Shown one piece after another: positions 26,306-36,134 of a stretch of DNA of 59,942 nt. Source of the stretch: Minisyncoccota bacterium (lineage in GTDB: Bacteria > Patescibacteriota > Minisyncoccia > UBA6257 > UBA9933); NCBI GenBank assembly GCA_036444215.1, contig JAZGAA010000006.1, positions 1-59,942 of the forward strand, given 5' to 3'. Under the pieces are notes generated by a model. The model had not been told where the DNA came from, did no database searches, and worked only from the letters and a program-made list of their open reading frames with translations. Position numbers and translations under genes: made by a program. How positions within the stretch are numbered: the first letter of the stretch is position 1; each line of letters begins with the position of its first letter.

Positions 26306-27973
26306 ATGAATACAATGGTTAAAGTAAAAATTATTAATTATCTTAAAGAAGTTGTTAAAGAACCTGTGTCAATTGAAGTTTTCGTGCCGGATAATGAAAA
26401 ATTCGGGCATTATTCCACAAATGTCGCTTTGAAATTGGCAAAATTACGCAAGCAGAATTCGATGACTGTTGCTGAAGAGATTAAAAGCGTACTATCACGC
26501 GTAGTAGTAAAAGATTTTTTTAAAAAAATTGAGATTGCTCCTCCGGGATTTATAAATTTCTGGCTGTCAGAAAAAACTCTACAAGATAAAATAAAAGAAA
26601 TTTTGAAGAAAGAAAAGAAATACGGCCAACAACTAAAAGCTAAAAGCTCAAAGCTAAAAGCTATTAGCATTGAATTTATTTCCGCTAATCCTACTGGACC
26701 TTTGACTATTGGCAATGGCAGGGGAGGTTTTTTGGGTGATGCATTGGCAAATATTTTGAAATTTCAAGGAAATAAAGTAGTAAAGGAATATTATATTAAT
26801 GACGCTAAAGCAAGCACTCAGATTAGAGAATTAGGGAAAACGGCGGTTGGAATCGGTAAAAGCTACAAAACAAAAGATTTAGAATTAAAAATCAAAAAAT
26901 TAGGGCCAAAGAAAGCCAAAAATTACAGCGACGCTGGATATTTGCTTGCGAAAATAATCCAAGAAGATAACAAGAAGTTTATTGAAAATAAATTAAAAAT
27001 AAAATTTGACAAATGGTTCAGCGAAGAAAACCTGTATAAAAGTGGAGCTGTTGAAAAGTTGCTGGGAGAATTAAAAAAGAAAAATTTAATTTACAAAAAA
27101 GACGACGCTATATGGTTTAAATCAAAACAATTTGGCGATAACGAAGACAGGGTTTTGGTACGGCAACCCCGCGTAGCGGGGCAAGCAGGAGAACCGACAT
27201 ATTTTTTGCCGGATCTTGCTTATCATTTAAATAAATTCAAAATTCGTAAATTTAACAAAGTTATAGATATTTGGGGAGCTGACCACCATGGTTACAGTCC
27301 TCGGCTTAAAGCCGGTCTTAAAGCTTTTGGTATAGCTGATGAAAAACTCAAAATTATCATTAGCCAATTAGTCCGTTTAATTAAAAAAGGCAAAGAAACG
27401 AAAATGTCAAAAAGAAAAGGAGAGTATGTGAGCTTGGAGGAATTAATAGATGAGGTTGGTTTGGACGCGGCGCGATTTTTCTTTTTAATGTATTCGCCGA
27501 ATACTCATATGGATTTTGATTTGGATTTGGCAAAAGAGAAATCATTAGAGAACCCGGTTTATTATGTGCAATACGCTGCCGTAAGATGCGATAGCATACT
27601 CAAAAAACCCAAATTCCAAAGCCCAAATTCCAAACAAATTCCAAAGCCCAAATTCCAAAACCTAAAATTATTAAACACAAAAGAGGATTTAAATTTAATA
27701 CGGATGTTGGTGAGGTTTCCGGAAATTATTGAAGAAGCAGCGCAAAATTACAGCCCGCAAATTTTAGTGCGATATTCTTTGGATTTAGCGCGGCAATTCC
27801 ATAATTTTTACGAAAAAGAACACATCATCGCGGACCTGCGCGGACTTAACGCGGACCAATACAGACAAAGTATGGATTTTATGTTTGCGCGTTTGGCTTT
27901 AATTCAGGCAACATTAGTAATTTTTAAAAATACATTCAACCTTTTGGGCATCACATTGCCGAAGAAAATGTAG
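26306..27973 (+). CDS. argS: arginyl-tRNA synthetase
   Basis: SANPTGPLTIGNGRG (HIGH region), DHHGY, MSKRKG (KMSK). ATG at 26306 or 26315 preferred over the 26276 start that overlaps smpB. Carries four in-frame repeat insertions. Confidence 0.9.
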   Translation: MNTMVKVKIINYLKEVVKEPVSIEVFVPDNEKFGHYSTNVALKLAKLRKQNSMTVAEEIKSVLSRVVVKDFFKKIEIAPPGFINFWLSEKTLQDKIKEILKKEKKYGQQLKAKSSKLKAISIEFISANPTGPLTIGNGRGGFLGDALANILKFQGNKVVKEYYINDAKASTQIRELGKTAVGIGKSYKTKDLELKIKKLGPKKAKNYSDAGYLLAKIIQEDNKKFIENKLKIKFDKWFSEENLYKSGAVEKLLGELKKKNLIYKKDDAIWFKSKQFGDNEDRVLVRQPRVAGQAGEPTYFLPDLAYHLNKFKIRKFNKVIDIWGADHHGYSPRLKAGLKAFGIADEKLKIIISQLVRLIKKGKETKMSKRKGEYVSLEELIDEVGLDAARFFFLMYSPNTHMDFDLDLAKEKSLENPVYYVQYAAVRCDSILKKPKFQSPNSKQIPKPKFQNLKLLNTKEDLNLIRMLVRFPEIIEEAAQNYSPQILVRYSLDLARQFHNFYEKEHIIADLRGLNADQYRQSMDFMFARLALIQATLVIFKNTFNLLGITLPKKM

Positions 27974-28002
27974 ATTTTTTAGATTTTTGTTAAGTTAAAT
28001 TT

Positions 28003-31000
28003 ATGGAAGAAAAAATTTTAAAATTTTGGCAGGAAAATCAAATCTTTGAGAAATCCGTTGAGAAAGATGCGCCTCGCGGTGATTTTGTTTTTTATGACGG
28101 TCCGCCTTTTGCCACAGGAAGTCCTCATTACGGCCATATTTTGGCAAGCATTATAAAAGATGTCATTCCAAGATACCAAACAATGAAAGGTAAAAGAGTT
28201 CCGCGTAAATGGGGTTGGGATTGTCATGGTTTGCCAATTGAGAATTTAATTGAGAAAAATCTAAATCTTCAGAGCAAAAAAGACATTGAAGAATACGGAA
28301 TTGAAAAATTCAATAAAGCAGCTCAAGAAAGCGTTCTTCAATACGCTGATGAATGGAAAAAAATTATTTCAAGAATAGGAAGGTGGGTTGATATGGAAAG
28401 AGATTATAGAACAATGGATTGGAAATATACTGAATCGGTTTGGTGGGTTTTTAAAAAACTTTACGATAAAGGGCTTATTTACGAGGGATATAAATCAATG
28501 CATATTTGTCCGCGCTGCGAAACTACTTTATCTAACTTTGAGATTACACAGAATTATCAGGACATTAAAGATATATCAGCTACGGTTAAGTTTGAGCTGG
28601 AAGACGAGCCGGGTACTTTCATTCTGGCTTGGACAACTACGCCATGGACTCTGCTGGGGAACGTCGCTTTAGCTGTTAATCCTGATATAGAGTATAGAAA
28701 AGTTAAATCAGGAGAAAGTTTTTTTATCGTTGCCGAAAAACGATTAGCGGCATTATTTCCATTTAAAGGAGAAACTGTGCTACATAAATTTTTTAAAGGC
28801 AAAGAACTTGTTGGCAAAAAATACAAACCACTTTTTGATTATTACACAAAAGATAAAGATTTAGAGAATCGTGAGAACGGCTGGAAAATTTACAGCGCGG
28901 ATTTCGTAACAATTGAAGAAGGAACTGGCGTTGTTCATATTGCTCCTGCTTTTGGTGAAGATGATATGAATTTGGGGCAAAAAGAAAAATTGCCTTTTAT
29001 TCAGCATGTTGCAATGGATGGAAAATTTAAGAAGGAGGTTAGGGAATTCGTTGGCCTTTCAGTAAAGCCAAAATCTGAACATCAATCAACTGACGTAGAA
29101 ATTATTAAATACCTTGCTAAAAATAATAAACTTTTCTCTAAAGAATCAATAACTCATTCCTACCCGTTTTGCTGGCGGTGTGACACTCCGTTGTTAAATT
29201 ACGCAGCAAACTCATGGTTTGTAGAAGTAGATAAGATTAAAAAGAAACTAATAAAGAATAATAAGAAGATAAATTGGGTGCCATCGCATTTAAAATACGG
29301 TCGTTTTGGTAAATGGCTTGAAAACGCCCGCGACTGGGCTATTTCTCGTTCAAGGTATTGGGGCGCTCCTTTGTCTATTTGGAAATGTGAAGAATGTAAA
29401 AAAATAAAAACAATCGGCTCAATTAACGATTTAAAAAAAGAATCCAAAAAATCCAAAAACAGATATTTTGTAATACGTCATGGAGAATCAGAAAGTAATG
29501 CTCAAAATATTGTTAGTTCAAAATTAGAAACCAGCTCTAAACATCCGCTTACGGAAAAAGGAAAAAAAGAAGTCAAAGAAACAGCTAAAAAATTAAAAAG
29601 CGAAAATATTGATTTGATTTTTTCTTCTGATTTTACTCGTACTAAAGAAACTGCTGAAATTGCGGCAGATAATTTGGGTATTAGTAAGGATAAAATAATT
29701 TTTGATAAACGCCTTCGCGAAGTAAATACCGGCATTTTTGACGGCAAAAAACCTGAAGAATATAAAGCTTATTTTTCCTCTCTTGAAGAAAAATTTTTCA
29801 AAACTCCTCCTGAAGGCGAGAATTTAATGGAACTCAAGAATAGGGTGAGCGAATTTTTGTACGTTCTTGAGAGTAAATATTCAGATAAGAATATTTTAAT
29901 TATTAGCCATGAGTATCCGATTTGGCTTTTATTTGCCGGTGCTAACGGGTTCAATAGCAAAGAGTCAGTTGAAATCAGAAAAGACAAACCCGATTTTGTT
30001 AAAACAGGTGAAATAAGAAAATTAGATTTTGTTCCTTTACCGCATGATAAGAATTATGTTTTAGATTTACACAGGCCGCATATTGATAATATTGAGTTTC
30101 AATGTTCTTGCGGCGGAGCTATGAACCGCGTACCAGAAGTTTTTGACTGCTGGTTTGAGTCCGGTTCAATGCCTTACGGACAGGCGCATTATCCTTTTGA
30201 AAACAAAAAAGAATTTGAGAAAAATTTCCCGGCGGAATTTATTGCAGAAGGAATTGATCAAACAAGGGGTTGGTTTTATACATTACTTGTTCTTTCAACT
30301 GCTTTATTTAATAAACCAGCTTATAAAAACGTAATTGCGAATGGAATTATTTTGGCGGAAGATGGTCAAAAAATGAGTAAGCGTTTAAATAATTATCCGG
30401 ATCCAACAGAAATTATTAATAAATATGGAGCTGATGCGCTTCGTTATTATCTTCTTTCTTCACCGGCAGTGCGTGGCGAGAGTTTGAATTTTTCCGAAAA
30501 AGGAGTTGATGAAATTAATAAAAAAGTGGTTTCAAAATTAAGAAATGTTTTATCTTTTTATAAGATGTATGGTTTGGGACTAAAAACCGAAAACCAAAAA
30601 CTAAAAGCTAATAATGTTTTAGATAAATGGATTTTAGCGAAATTTAATATTTTAACAAAAGACGTTTCAGAAACACTTGATAATTATGAGTTAGACAGGG
30701 CAGTTAGGCCGATAGGGAATTTTGTTGATGATTTGTCTAATTGGTATGTGAGGCGGTCGCGAGAAAGGTTTAAGAGCGAAAGCCAAGATAAAGATAACGC
30801 TTCTGCGACGTTGAGTTATATTTTAATTGGGTTTTCTAAAATAATCGCGCCATTTATGCCGTTTGTTGCGGAGGAAATATACCAGGAATTTACAATAGAG
30901 AAAGGGAGCGTGCATTTAGAAGAGTGGCCTCAAGGCAAAGAAACATTAAAAGAAGACAAAAAGATTTTAGATGAAATGAAAGAGGCAAGAGAAAATATCG

Positions 31001-31449
31001 TATCTATTGCTATGGAGCAAAGGCAAAAAGCGGACATTGGAGTGAGGCAAGTGCTAAGCGTTTTTAATACAACATCTTCTATTACAAATACTGATATTCT
31101 CGAAACTGTTTTAAAAGAAATTAACGTAAAAGAAATAAAAACTAACCAAAAAGAAAATAAATTAGACATAATTATTACCCCTGAATTAAAAAATGAAGGC
31201 GTTGTTCGCGAATTTGTCCGCAAAGTTCAGGATTTGCGCAAAAAAGCCGGCTATCAACCAAAAGACAAAATTTATTTATGGATTGAAACCTTAAGCGAGA
31301 CAGAAAGCATATTAAACAAGAACATTGATAAATTCAAAAAAGATATTGGCGCTAAATCTATTGAGTTTAGGCGAACTGAAAAATTTGACGCAGAATTAGA
31401 AAGTAAAATTAACAGCGAAAAAATCTGGCTCGGAATTAAGAAAATATAA
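28003..31449 (+). CDS. ileS: isoleucyl-tRNA synthetase (type 2/eukaryote-like) with an inserted histidine-phosphatase domain
   Basis: PPFATGSPHYGH (HIGH), editing-domain WTTTPWTL, GIDQTRGWFYTL, KMSKRL. Residues ~485-685 carry RHGES...SSDFTRTKETA...ISHE histidine-phosphatase motifs. Confidence 0.92.
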   Translation: MEEKILKFWQENQIFEKSVEKDAPRGDFVFYDGPPFATGSPHYGHILASIIKDVIPRYQTMKGKRVPRKWGWDCHGLPIENLIEKNLNLQSKKDIEEYGIEKFNKAAQESVLQYADEWKKIISRIGRWVDMERDYRTMDWKYTESVWWVFKKLYDKGLIYEGYKSMHICPRCETTLSNFEITQNYQDIKDISATVKFELEDEPGTFILAWTTTPWTLLGNVALAVNPDIEYRKVKSGESFFIVAEKRLAALFPFKGETVLHKFFKGKELVGKKYKPLFDYYTKDKDLENRENGWKIYSADFVTIEEGTGVVHIAPAFGEDDMNLGQKEKLPFIQHVAMDGKFKKEVREFVGLSVKPKSEHQSTDVEIIKYLAKNNKLFSKESITHSYPFCWRCDTPLLNYAANSWFVEVDKIKKKLIKNNKKINWVPSHLKYGRFGKWLENARDWAISRSRYWGAPLSIWKCEECKKIKTIGSINDLKKESKKSKNRYFVIRHGESESNAQNIVSSKLETSSKHPLTEKGKKEVKETAKKLKSENIDLIFSSDFTRTKETAEIAADNLGISKDKIIFDKRLREVNTGIFDGKKPEEYKAYFSSLEEKFFKTPPEGENLMELKNRVSEFLYVLESKYSDKNILIISHEYPIWLLFAGANGFNSKESVEIRKDKPDFVKTGEIRKLDFVPLPHDKNYVLDLHRPHIDNIEFQCSCGGAMNRVPEVFDCWFESGSMPYGQAHYPFENKKEFEKNFPAEFIAEGIDQTRGWFYTLLVLSTALFNKPAYKNVIANGIILAEDGQKMSKRLNNYPDPTEIINKYGADALRYYLLSSPAVRGESLNFSEKGVDEINKKVVSKLRNVLSFYKMYGLGLKTENQKLKANNVLDKWILAKFNILTKDVSETLDNYELDRAVRPIGNFVDDLSNWYVRRSRERFKSESQDKDNASATLSYILIGFSKIIAPFMPFVAEEIYQEFTIEKGSVHLEEWPQGKETLKEDKKILDEMKEARENIVSIAMEQRQKADIGVRQVLSVFNTTSSITNTDILETVLKEINVKEIKTNQKENKLDIIITPELKNEGVVREFVRKVQDLRKKAGYQPKDKIYLWIETLSETESILNKNIDKFKKDIGAKSIEFRRTEKFDAELESKINSEKIWLGIKKI

Positions 31450-31454
31450 AATTT

Positions 31455-32369
31455 ATGGCTACATTATTAATTTCTCTTCCGGTATTTTTAATTATTTTAA
31501 GCGGGTGGTTGATGCGAAAGCTAAAAATAGTTGATGATGACTGGATTCATATTTTAAACAGCTTTGCTTATTATGTTTCTTTGCCGGCTTTGATTATAGT
31601 AAGTTTTTGGGAGATTAATTTCTTAAGCGCGGAATCTCGGCATTTTATTTTTTCAAGCATATTTACGATTATTTTATTTTCTTTTGTTGTTTTGCTTTTT
31701 CTTAGCTTTCTTAGAATCAGTAAAAATAAAAAAACAGCCATTTTTCTGTCAGCAACGGTTGGCAATACTATTTATATGGGCCTTCCGTTAATTGAGCTGG
31801 GTTTTGGCAAGGATTATCTATCCAGCGGAGCTTTAGTAGGAGTAATTTATTTGATTATCCCGCTTTTGATTTCAATTTTCGTGATTAGATATTGGCATGA
31901 TAAAGAGCATAAAGTTTTGCGGCATTTATTTAAATTTGCAAAAAATCCTTTAGTAATTTCTGTTTTTATCGGAGTGATTTTAAGTTTCGTCAGAATAGAA
32001 TTTTCTTTAATAGAAGGAATAAGAAAAGCATTAGTTATGTTTGGTTCTACTGCTTCGCCGATTGCGCTGTTTGCTTTAGGCGGATTTATTTACGGAAGAT
32101 TCTTGAAAAAGAATTTAAAACAAGTCCTTTTAATTTCTTTCTTAAAGATGGTTGTGGCCCCTTTAATTATATTTTTAATAGTTGCATATTTTTATAAAAC
32201 GAGCGATTTAAGGATTTTAGTCCTGCTCTCGTCTATGCCGGTTGCAATAACAACTTTTATAATTGCCGAGAAATTTAATTTAGATAAGGACTTAGTAGGA
32301 AATTCCATTATTGTTTCAACGATTATTTCATTTATAATTGCGCCGATTATAATTTTTATTTTTTCATAA
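31455..32369 (+). CDS. AEC (auxin efflux carrier) family transporter
   Basis: 304 aa, ~10 TM. N-terminal LISLPVFLIILSGW and C-terminal MPVAITTFIIAEKF patterns are typical of the AEC family. Confidence 0.7.
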   Translation: MATLLISLPVFLIILSGWLMRKLKIVDDDWIHILNSFAYYVSLPALIIVSFWEINFLSAESRHFIFSSIFTIILFSFVVLLFLSFLRISKNKKTAIFLSATVGNTIYMGLPLIELGFGKDYLSSGALVGVIYLIIPLLISIFVIRYWHDKEHKVLRHLFKFAKNPLVISVFIGVILSFVRIEFSLIEGIRKALVMFGSTASPIALFALGGFIYGRFLKKNLKQVLLISFLKMVVAPLIIFLIVAYFYKTSDLRILVLLSSMPVAITTFIIAEKFNLDKDLVGNSIIVSTIISFIIAPIIIFIFS

Positions 32370-32373
32370 AAAT

Positions 32374-33693
32374 ATGCACATAATTAACAAAAAAGAACTA
32401 TCAAGAACTCCTTTACGAGAAAAGGCGCTTTTGATTGCTGAAGCGGGTTATGACGCGATTGATATTGAGAAAGCAGTTAGTCAAAAAATAAAATTTCAGA
32501 ACAATAAGTTGTCTATCGCCAAGGGTATTACCGGAGAATATTTAGAATTTGATTTAAGTGATTATAAAAAAGTTTTTCTTATTGGTATTGGCAAAGGGTC
32601 TTCACTTGCCGTAATGACATTGGCAGGGATTTTAGCGCCTTTAGGTTCACGGTTTTCAGGCGGTATAGCCCTGGATATTAAAATCCCAAATAAATCCCAA
32701 AGCTCAAATTCCAAAATAGAATTTTTAACAGGCACGCATCCTATTCCGTCAAAACAAAATATTGAAGCCACTCAAAAAATTATTAAATTAGTAAAAAGCT
32801 TAGATGAAAACGATTTACTCATTGCTTTTATTTGCGGAGGCGGTTCAGCTTTGTTTTGCTGTTCAGAACAGGAATCAGAAGAATCAGCTTTGGCTATAAA
32901 ATTTTTAACAAAAGCCGGAGCTGATATTTTTGAATTAAATACAATTCGCAAGCATTTATCAGAGTGTAAGGGCGGCGGATTGGCAAAAACCGCTTATCCG
33001 GCAACTGTAATTTCTTTAATTGCGTCAGATGTTTGCGGCAATGATTTATCCATAATAGCTTCCGGTCCTACGGTTTTTGACGAAACTACTAAAAAGGATG
33101 CTGAAAAAGTTTTACAAAAATATGAATTAGATTTAAATCAATTTCATTTATCCGAGACCCCTAAAGACAAAAAATATTTTGAGAAAGTTAAAAACATTCT
33201 TTTTGTTTGTAATCAGGATGCGATTTCAGCAATGGTTGAAAAGGCGAAAGAAATCGGCTTTGAGCCGAGAATTTATTCTTTGGAATTGCGAGGTGAGGCG
33301 AAAGATGTGTTAATACCGATGATTAAAGAAGTGAAGTCCGGCGAGGCGATTTTGGCTGGCGGAGAAACAACGATTACCTTAGGCAGCGGACCAACAGGCA
33401 AAGGCGGACGAAATATGGAATCTGTTTTAGGCGCAATAACTAATTTTCAAGAGGTACTACCCCACGGGGTAGTAGCGCTTTCAATGGCAAGCGATGGCCG
33501 TGATAACACCGAGGCCGCTGGCGCGATTGTTGATGCTTCAACCCAAGAAAAAACAAAAGAATTGGGTTTGAGTCCAGAAGAATTTTTAGAAAACCATAGT
33601 TCGTTTAATTTTTTTGAAAAAACCGGAGATTTAATTTTTACCGACCAAAAGAGTTTCAACATAGCGGATTTGATGGTAATATTAAAGATATGA
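32374..33693 (+). CDS. glycerate 2-kinase (DUF4147/MOFRL family)
   Basis: GIGKGS, GGGSAL, KHLSECKGGGLA and GGETTITL...GKGGRNMES motifs. Confidence 0.75.
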   Translation: MHIINKKELSRTPLREKALLIAEAGYDAIDIEKAVSQKIKFQNNKLSIAKGITGEYLEFDLSDYKKVFLIGIGKGSSLAVMTLAGILAPLGSRFSGGIALDIKIPNKSQSSNSKIEFLTGTHPIPSKQNIEATQKIIKLVKSLDENDLLIAFICGGGSALFCCSEQESEESALAIKFLTKAGADIFELNTIRKHLSECKGGGLAKTAYPATVISLIASDVCGNDLSIIASGPTVFDETTKKDAEKVLQKYELDLNQFHLSETPKDKKYFEKVKNILFVCNQDAISAMVEKAKEIGFEPRIYSLELRGEAKDVLIPMIKEVKSGEAILAGGETTITLGSGPTGKGGRNMESVLGAITNFQEVLPHGVVALSMASDGRDNTEAAGAIVDASTQEKTKELGLSPEEFLENHSSFNFFEKTGDLIFTDQKSFNIADLMVILKI

Positions 33694-36095
33694 AGCCTTT
33701 TATCAAAAAATTTGAAGAAGTGAGTATGAAGAATGTTTCCGAGGTGGGCGGGAAGAACGCTTCGCTTGGCGAAATGATTCAGAATTTAGTTCCTAAAGGA
33801 ATTAATATTCCAAGCGGTTATGTTATTACGGCCAGCGCTTATCGTTATTTTCTTCAGAAAACCGATTTAAAAAAATTTATTAAGAAAACTATACAAGGAT
33901 TAGATACAAGAAATCTTCACGATTTGGCTAGGTGTGGAAAACTTATCCGCGAAGCAATTAAACAATCCGAATTTCCAAAGGATTTAACAAGAGCGATTAT
34001 TACTGCTCATCGCAGGGCTGAAAAGAAATACGGCAAGAATGCTGATTTTGCGGTTCGTTCCAGCGCCACGGCCGAGGATATGCCTGGAGCCAGTTTTGCT
34101 GGGCAGATGGAAACTTATCTAAACGTTCGCGGCGAGGAAAATATCTTAAAAGCCGTGCGAGCAGCCATGGCTTCTCTTTTTACTAATCGTGCTATTTCTT
34201 ATAGAAAGGATAAAGGATTTGACCACTTTAAGGTGGCGCTTTCAGTTGGCGTTCAGAAAATGGTGCGTTCGGATTTAAGCTGTTCAGGTGTTTTGTTTAC
34301 TTTAGATACAGAATCCGGTTTTCCTGATTTGGTTTTAATTAACGGTTCTTGGGGATTGGGCGAGATGATTGTTCAGGGCGAAGTAACTCCGGACGAATTT
34401 TTGGTTTTTAAAAAGACAGGCGCGATTATCGGCAAAGAGCTTGGAATGAAAAGGAGAAAGATGATTTACGGCAAAGGGAATAAGCCAACCAAAGTTATTT
34501 CTACCTCACAAAAAGAAAGAGAATCATTTATTTTATCTGATAATGAAATTTCGCAACTGGCCAAATGGGGAATGTTGGTTGAAGAGCATTATTCAAAGAG
34601 AAATAAAGGCAAGTGGACTCCGATGGATTTAGAATGGGCAAAAGACGGAAAAACCAAAGAGATGTTTGTTGTTCAGGCTCGCCCAGAGACAGTCCATGCT
34701 TTGCGGGATTTTTCAAAAATTAAGGAGTATAAGTTGGTAAGCACTAAACCTAATACCATAAACCCTAAACCCATCGTCATCGGCGCCTCTGTTGGCAGTA
34801 AAATTGCCGTTGGTAAGGCAAGGGTTATTTTAGATACAAAGAAGATTAAAGAATTTAAAGCAGGAGAAGTTTTAGTTACCGGTATGACAGATCCTGATTG
34901 GGAGCCGATAATGAAAATTGCTTCAGCAATTGTAACGGATAAAGGAGGTCGGACAAGTCACGCCGCAATAGTAAGTCGTGAACTCGGCATTCCCTGTATT
35001 GTTGGTTCGGAAACCGCCACTAAAAAAATTAAAACTGGCCAGACAATTACCGTTGATACTACCGGCAGTGATGGGTTTGTTTATGATGGCGCTTTGAAAT
35101 TTAAAATAACAGAACACAATGTTAAAAAAATACCAAAACCAAAGACAAAAATAATGATGAATATTGCCACACCAGAAACAGCTTTTGAAAAATCATTTTT
35201 ACCCAATGAAGGCGTAGGGTTGGCAAGAGAGGAATTTATTATTGCCAGCGATATTGGTATTCACCCAATGGCAATTATTGAATACCAAAAACTTAAAAAT
35301 TCAAAGCTAAAAGCACAAATAAATAAAAAAACTATTGGATGGAAAGATAAAAAGCAATTTTACATTGATAAACTCGCTTTTGGGATTGCGAAAATCGCAG
35401 CAGCTTTTTATCCTAAGCAGGTAATTGTTCGCTTTTCTGATTTTAAGACAAACGAATATCGTTCGCTGGTTGGTGGTGAAATTTACGAGCCAGTTGAAGA
35501 AAATCCAATGCTTGGTTGGAGAGGAGCTTCCAGATATTATCACCCTAATTTTGCGCCGGCATTTGTCTTAGAGGTTAAAGCAATTAAAAAAGTCCGTGAA
35601 AATATGGGATTAGATAATGTGGAAGTAATGATTCCATTTTGTAGGACAGTTGAAGAAGGTAAAAAGGTTTTGCAAATAATGGCAAAAAACGGACTAAAAA
35701 CTAAAAGCTCAAAGCTAAAAACTTACGTGATGTGCGAGATTCCTTCTAATGTGGTTTTAGCTGACGAATTTTTGAAAGTTTTTGATGGAATGAGTATTGG
35801 CTCAAACGATTTAACGCAATTAACCGTAGGAATTGACCGCGATGGCAATGAGCAAATCCGCAGTATTACTAATGAGAAAGACGAATCAGTTAAAAAACTA
35901 ATTGCAGAAGTTATTAAAAAATGCCTCGCTAAAAAGAAATATATCGGAATTTGCGGTCAGGCTCCATCCGACTTTCCGGAATTCGCTGAATTTTTGGTTG
36001 AGCACGGAATTGAAAGCATTTCCTTGAATCCAGACACAGTAGTTAAAACAACTCAAAAGATTTACCAAAAAGAGAAGAAATTACGAAAGAAATAG
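33690..36095 (+). CDS. ppsA: phosphoenolpyruvate synthase (pyruvate, water dikinase)
   Basis: VGGKNASLGEM, RSSATAEDMPGASFAGQ, phosphohistidine GGRTSHAAIVSRELGIP, C-terminal PEP-utilising IGSNDLTQ. Confidence 0.93.
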   Translation: MKPFIKKFEEVSMKNVSEVGGKNASLGEMIQNLVPKGINIPSGYVITASAYRYFLQKTDLKKFIKKTIQGLDTRNLHDLARCGKLIREAIKQSEFPKDLTRAIITAHRRAEKKYGKNADFAVRSSATAEDMPGASFAGQMETYLNVRGEENILKAVRAAMASLFTNRAISYRKDKGFDHFKVALSVGVQKMVRSDLSCSGVLFTLDTESGFPDLVLINGSWGLGEMIVQGEVTPDEFLVFKKTGAIIGKELGMKRRKMIYGKGNKPTKVISTSQKERESFILSDNEISQLAKWGMLVEEHYSKRNKGKWTPMDLEWAKDGKTKEMFVVQARPETVHALRDFSKIKEYKLVSTKPNTINPKPIVIGASVGSKIAVGKARVILDTKKIKEFKAGEVLVTGMTDPDWEPIMKIASAIVTDKGGRTSHAAIVSRELGIPCIVGSETATKKIKTGQTITVDTTGSDGFVYDGALKFKITEHNVKKIPKPKTKIMMNIATPETAFEKSFLPNEGVGLAREEFIIASDIGIHPMAIIEYQKLKNSKLKAQINKKTIGWKDKKQFYIDKLAFGIAKIAAAFYPKQVIVRFSDFKTNEYRSLVGGEIYEPVEENPMLGWRGASRYYHPNFAPAFVLEVKAIKKVRENMGLDNVEVMIPFCRTVEEGKKVLQIMAKNGLKTKSSKLKTYVMCEIPSNVVLADEFLKVFDGMSIGSNDLTQLTVGIDRDGNEQIRSITNEKDESVKKLIAEVIKKCLAKKKYIGICGQAPSDFPEFAEFLVEHGIESISLNPDTVVKTTQKIYQKEKKLRKK

Positions 36096-36134
36096 TTTAA
36101 ATTAACTGTTCTTTAATTTTTTTATAAAGGAGGC

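Noticed and set aside
27603-27668. Tandem word repeats (here and at 44127-44979, 37441-37490, 23129-23170) as possible CRISPR arrays
   Set aside because: The units are 6-12 nt, degenerate and contiguous. There is no 25-40 nt repeat with unique spacers, and no cas genes are in the window.
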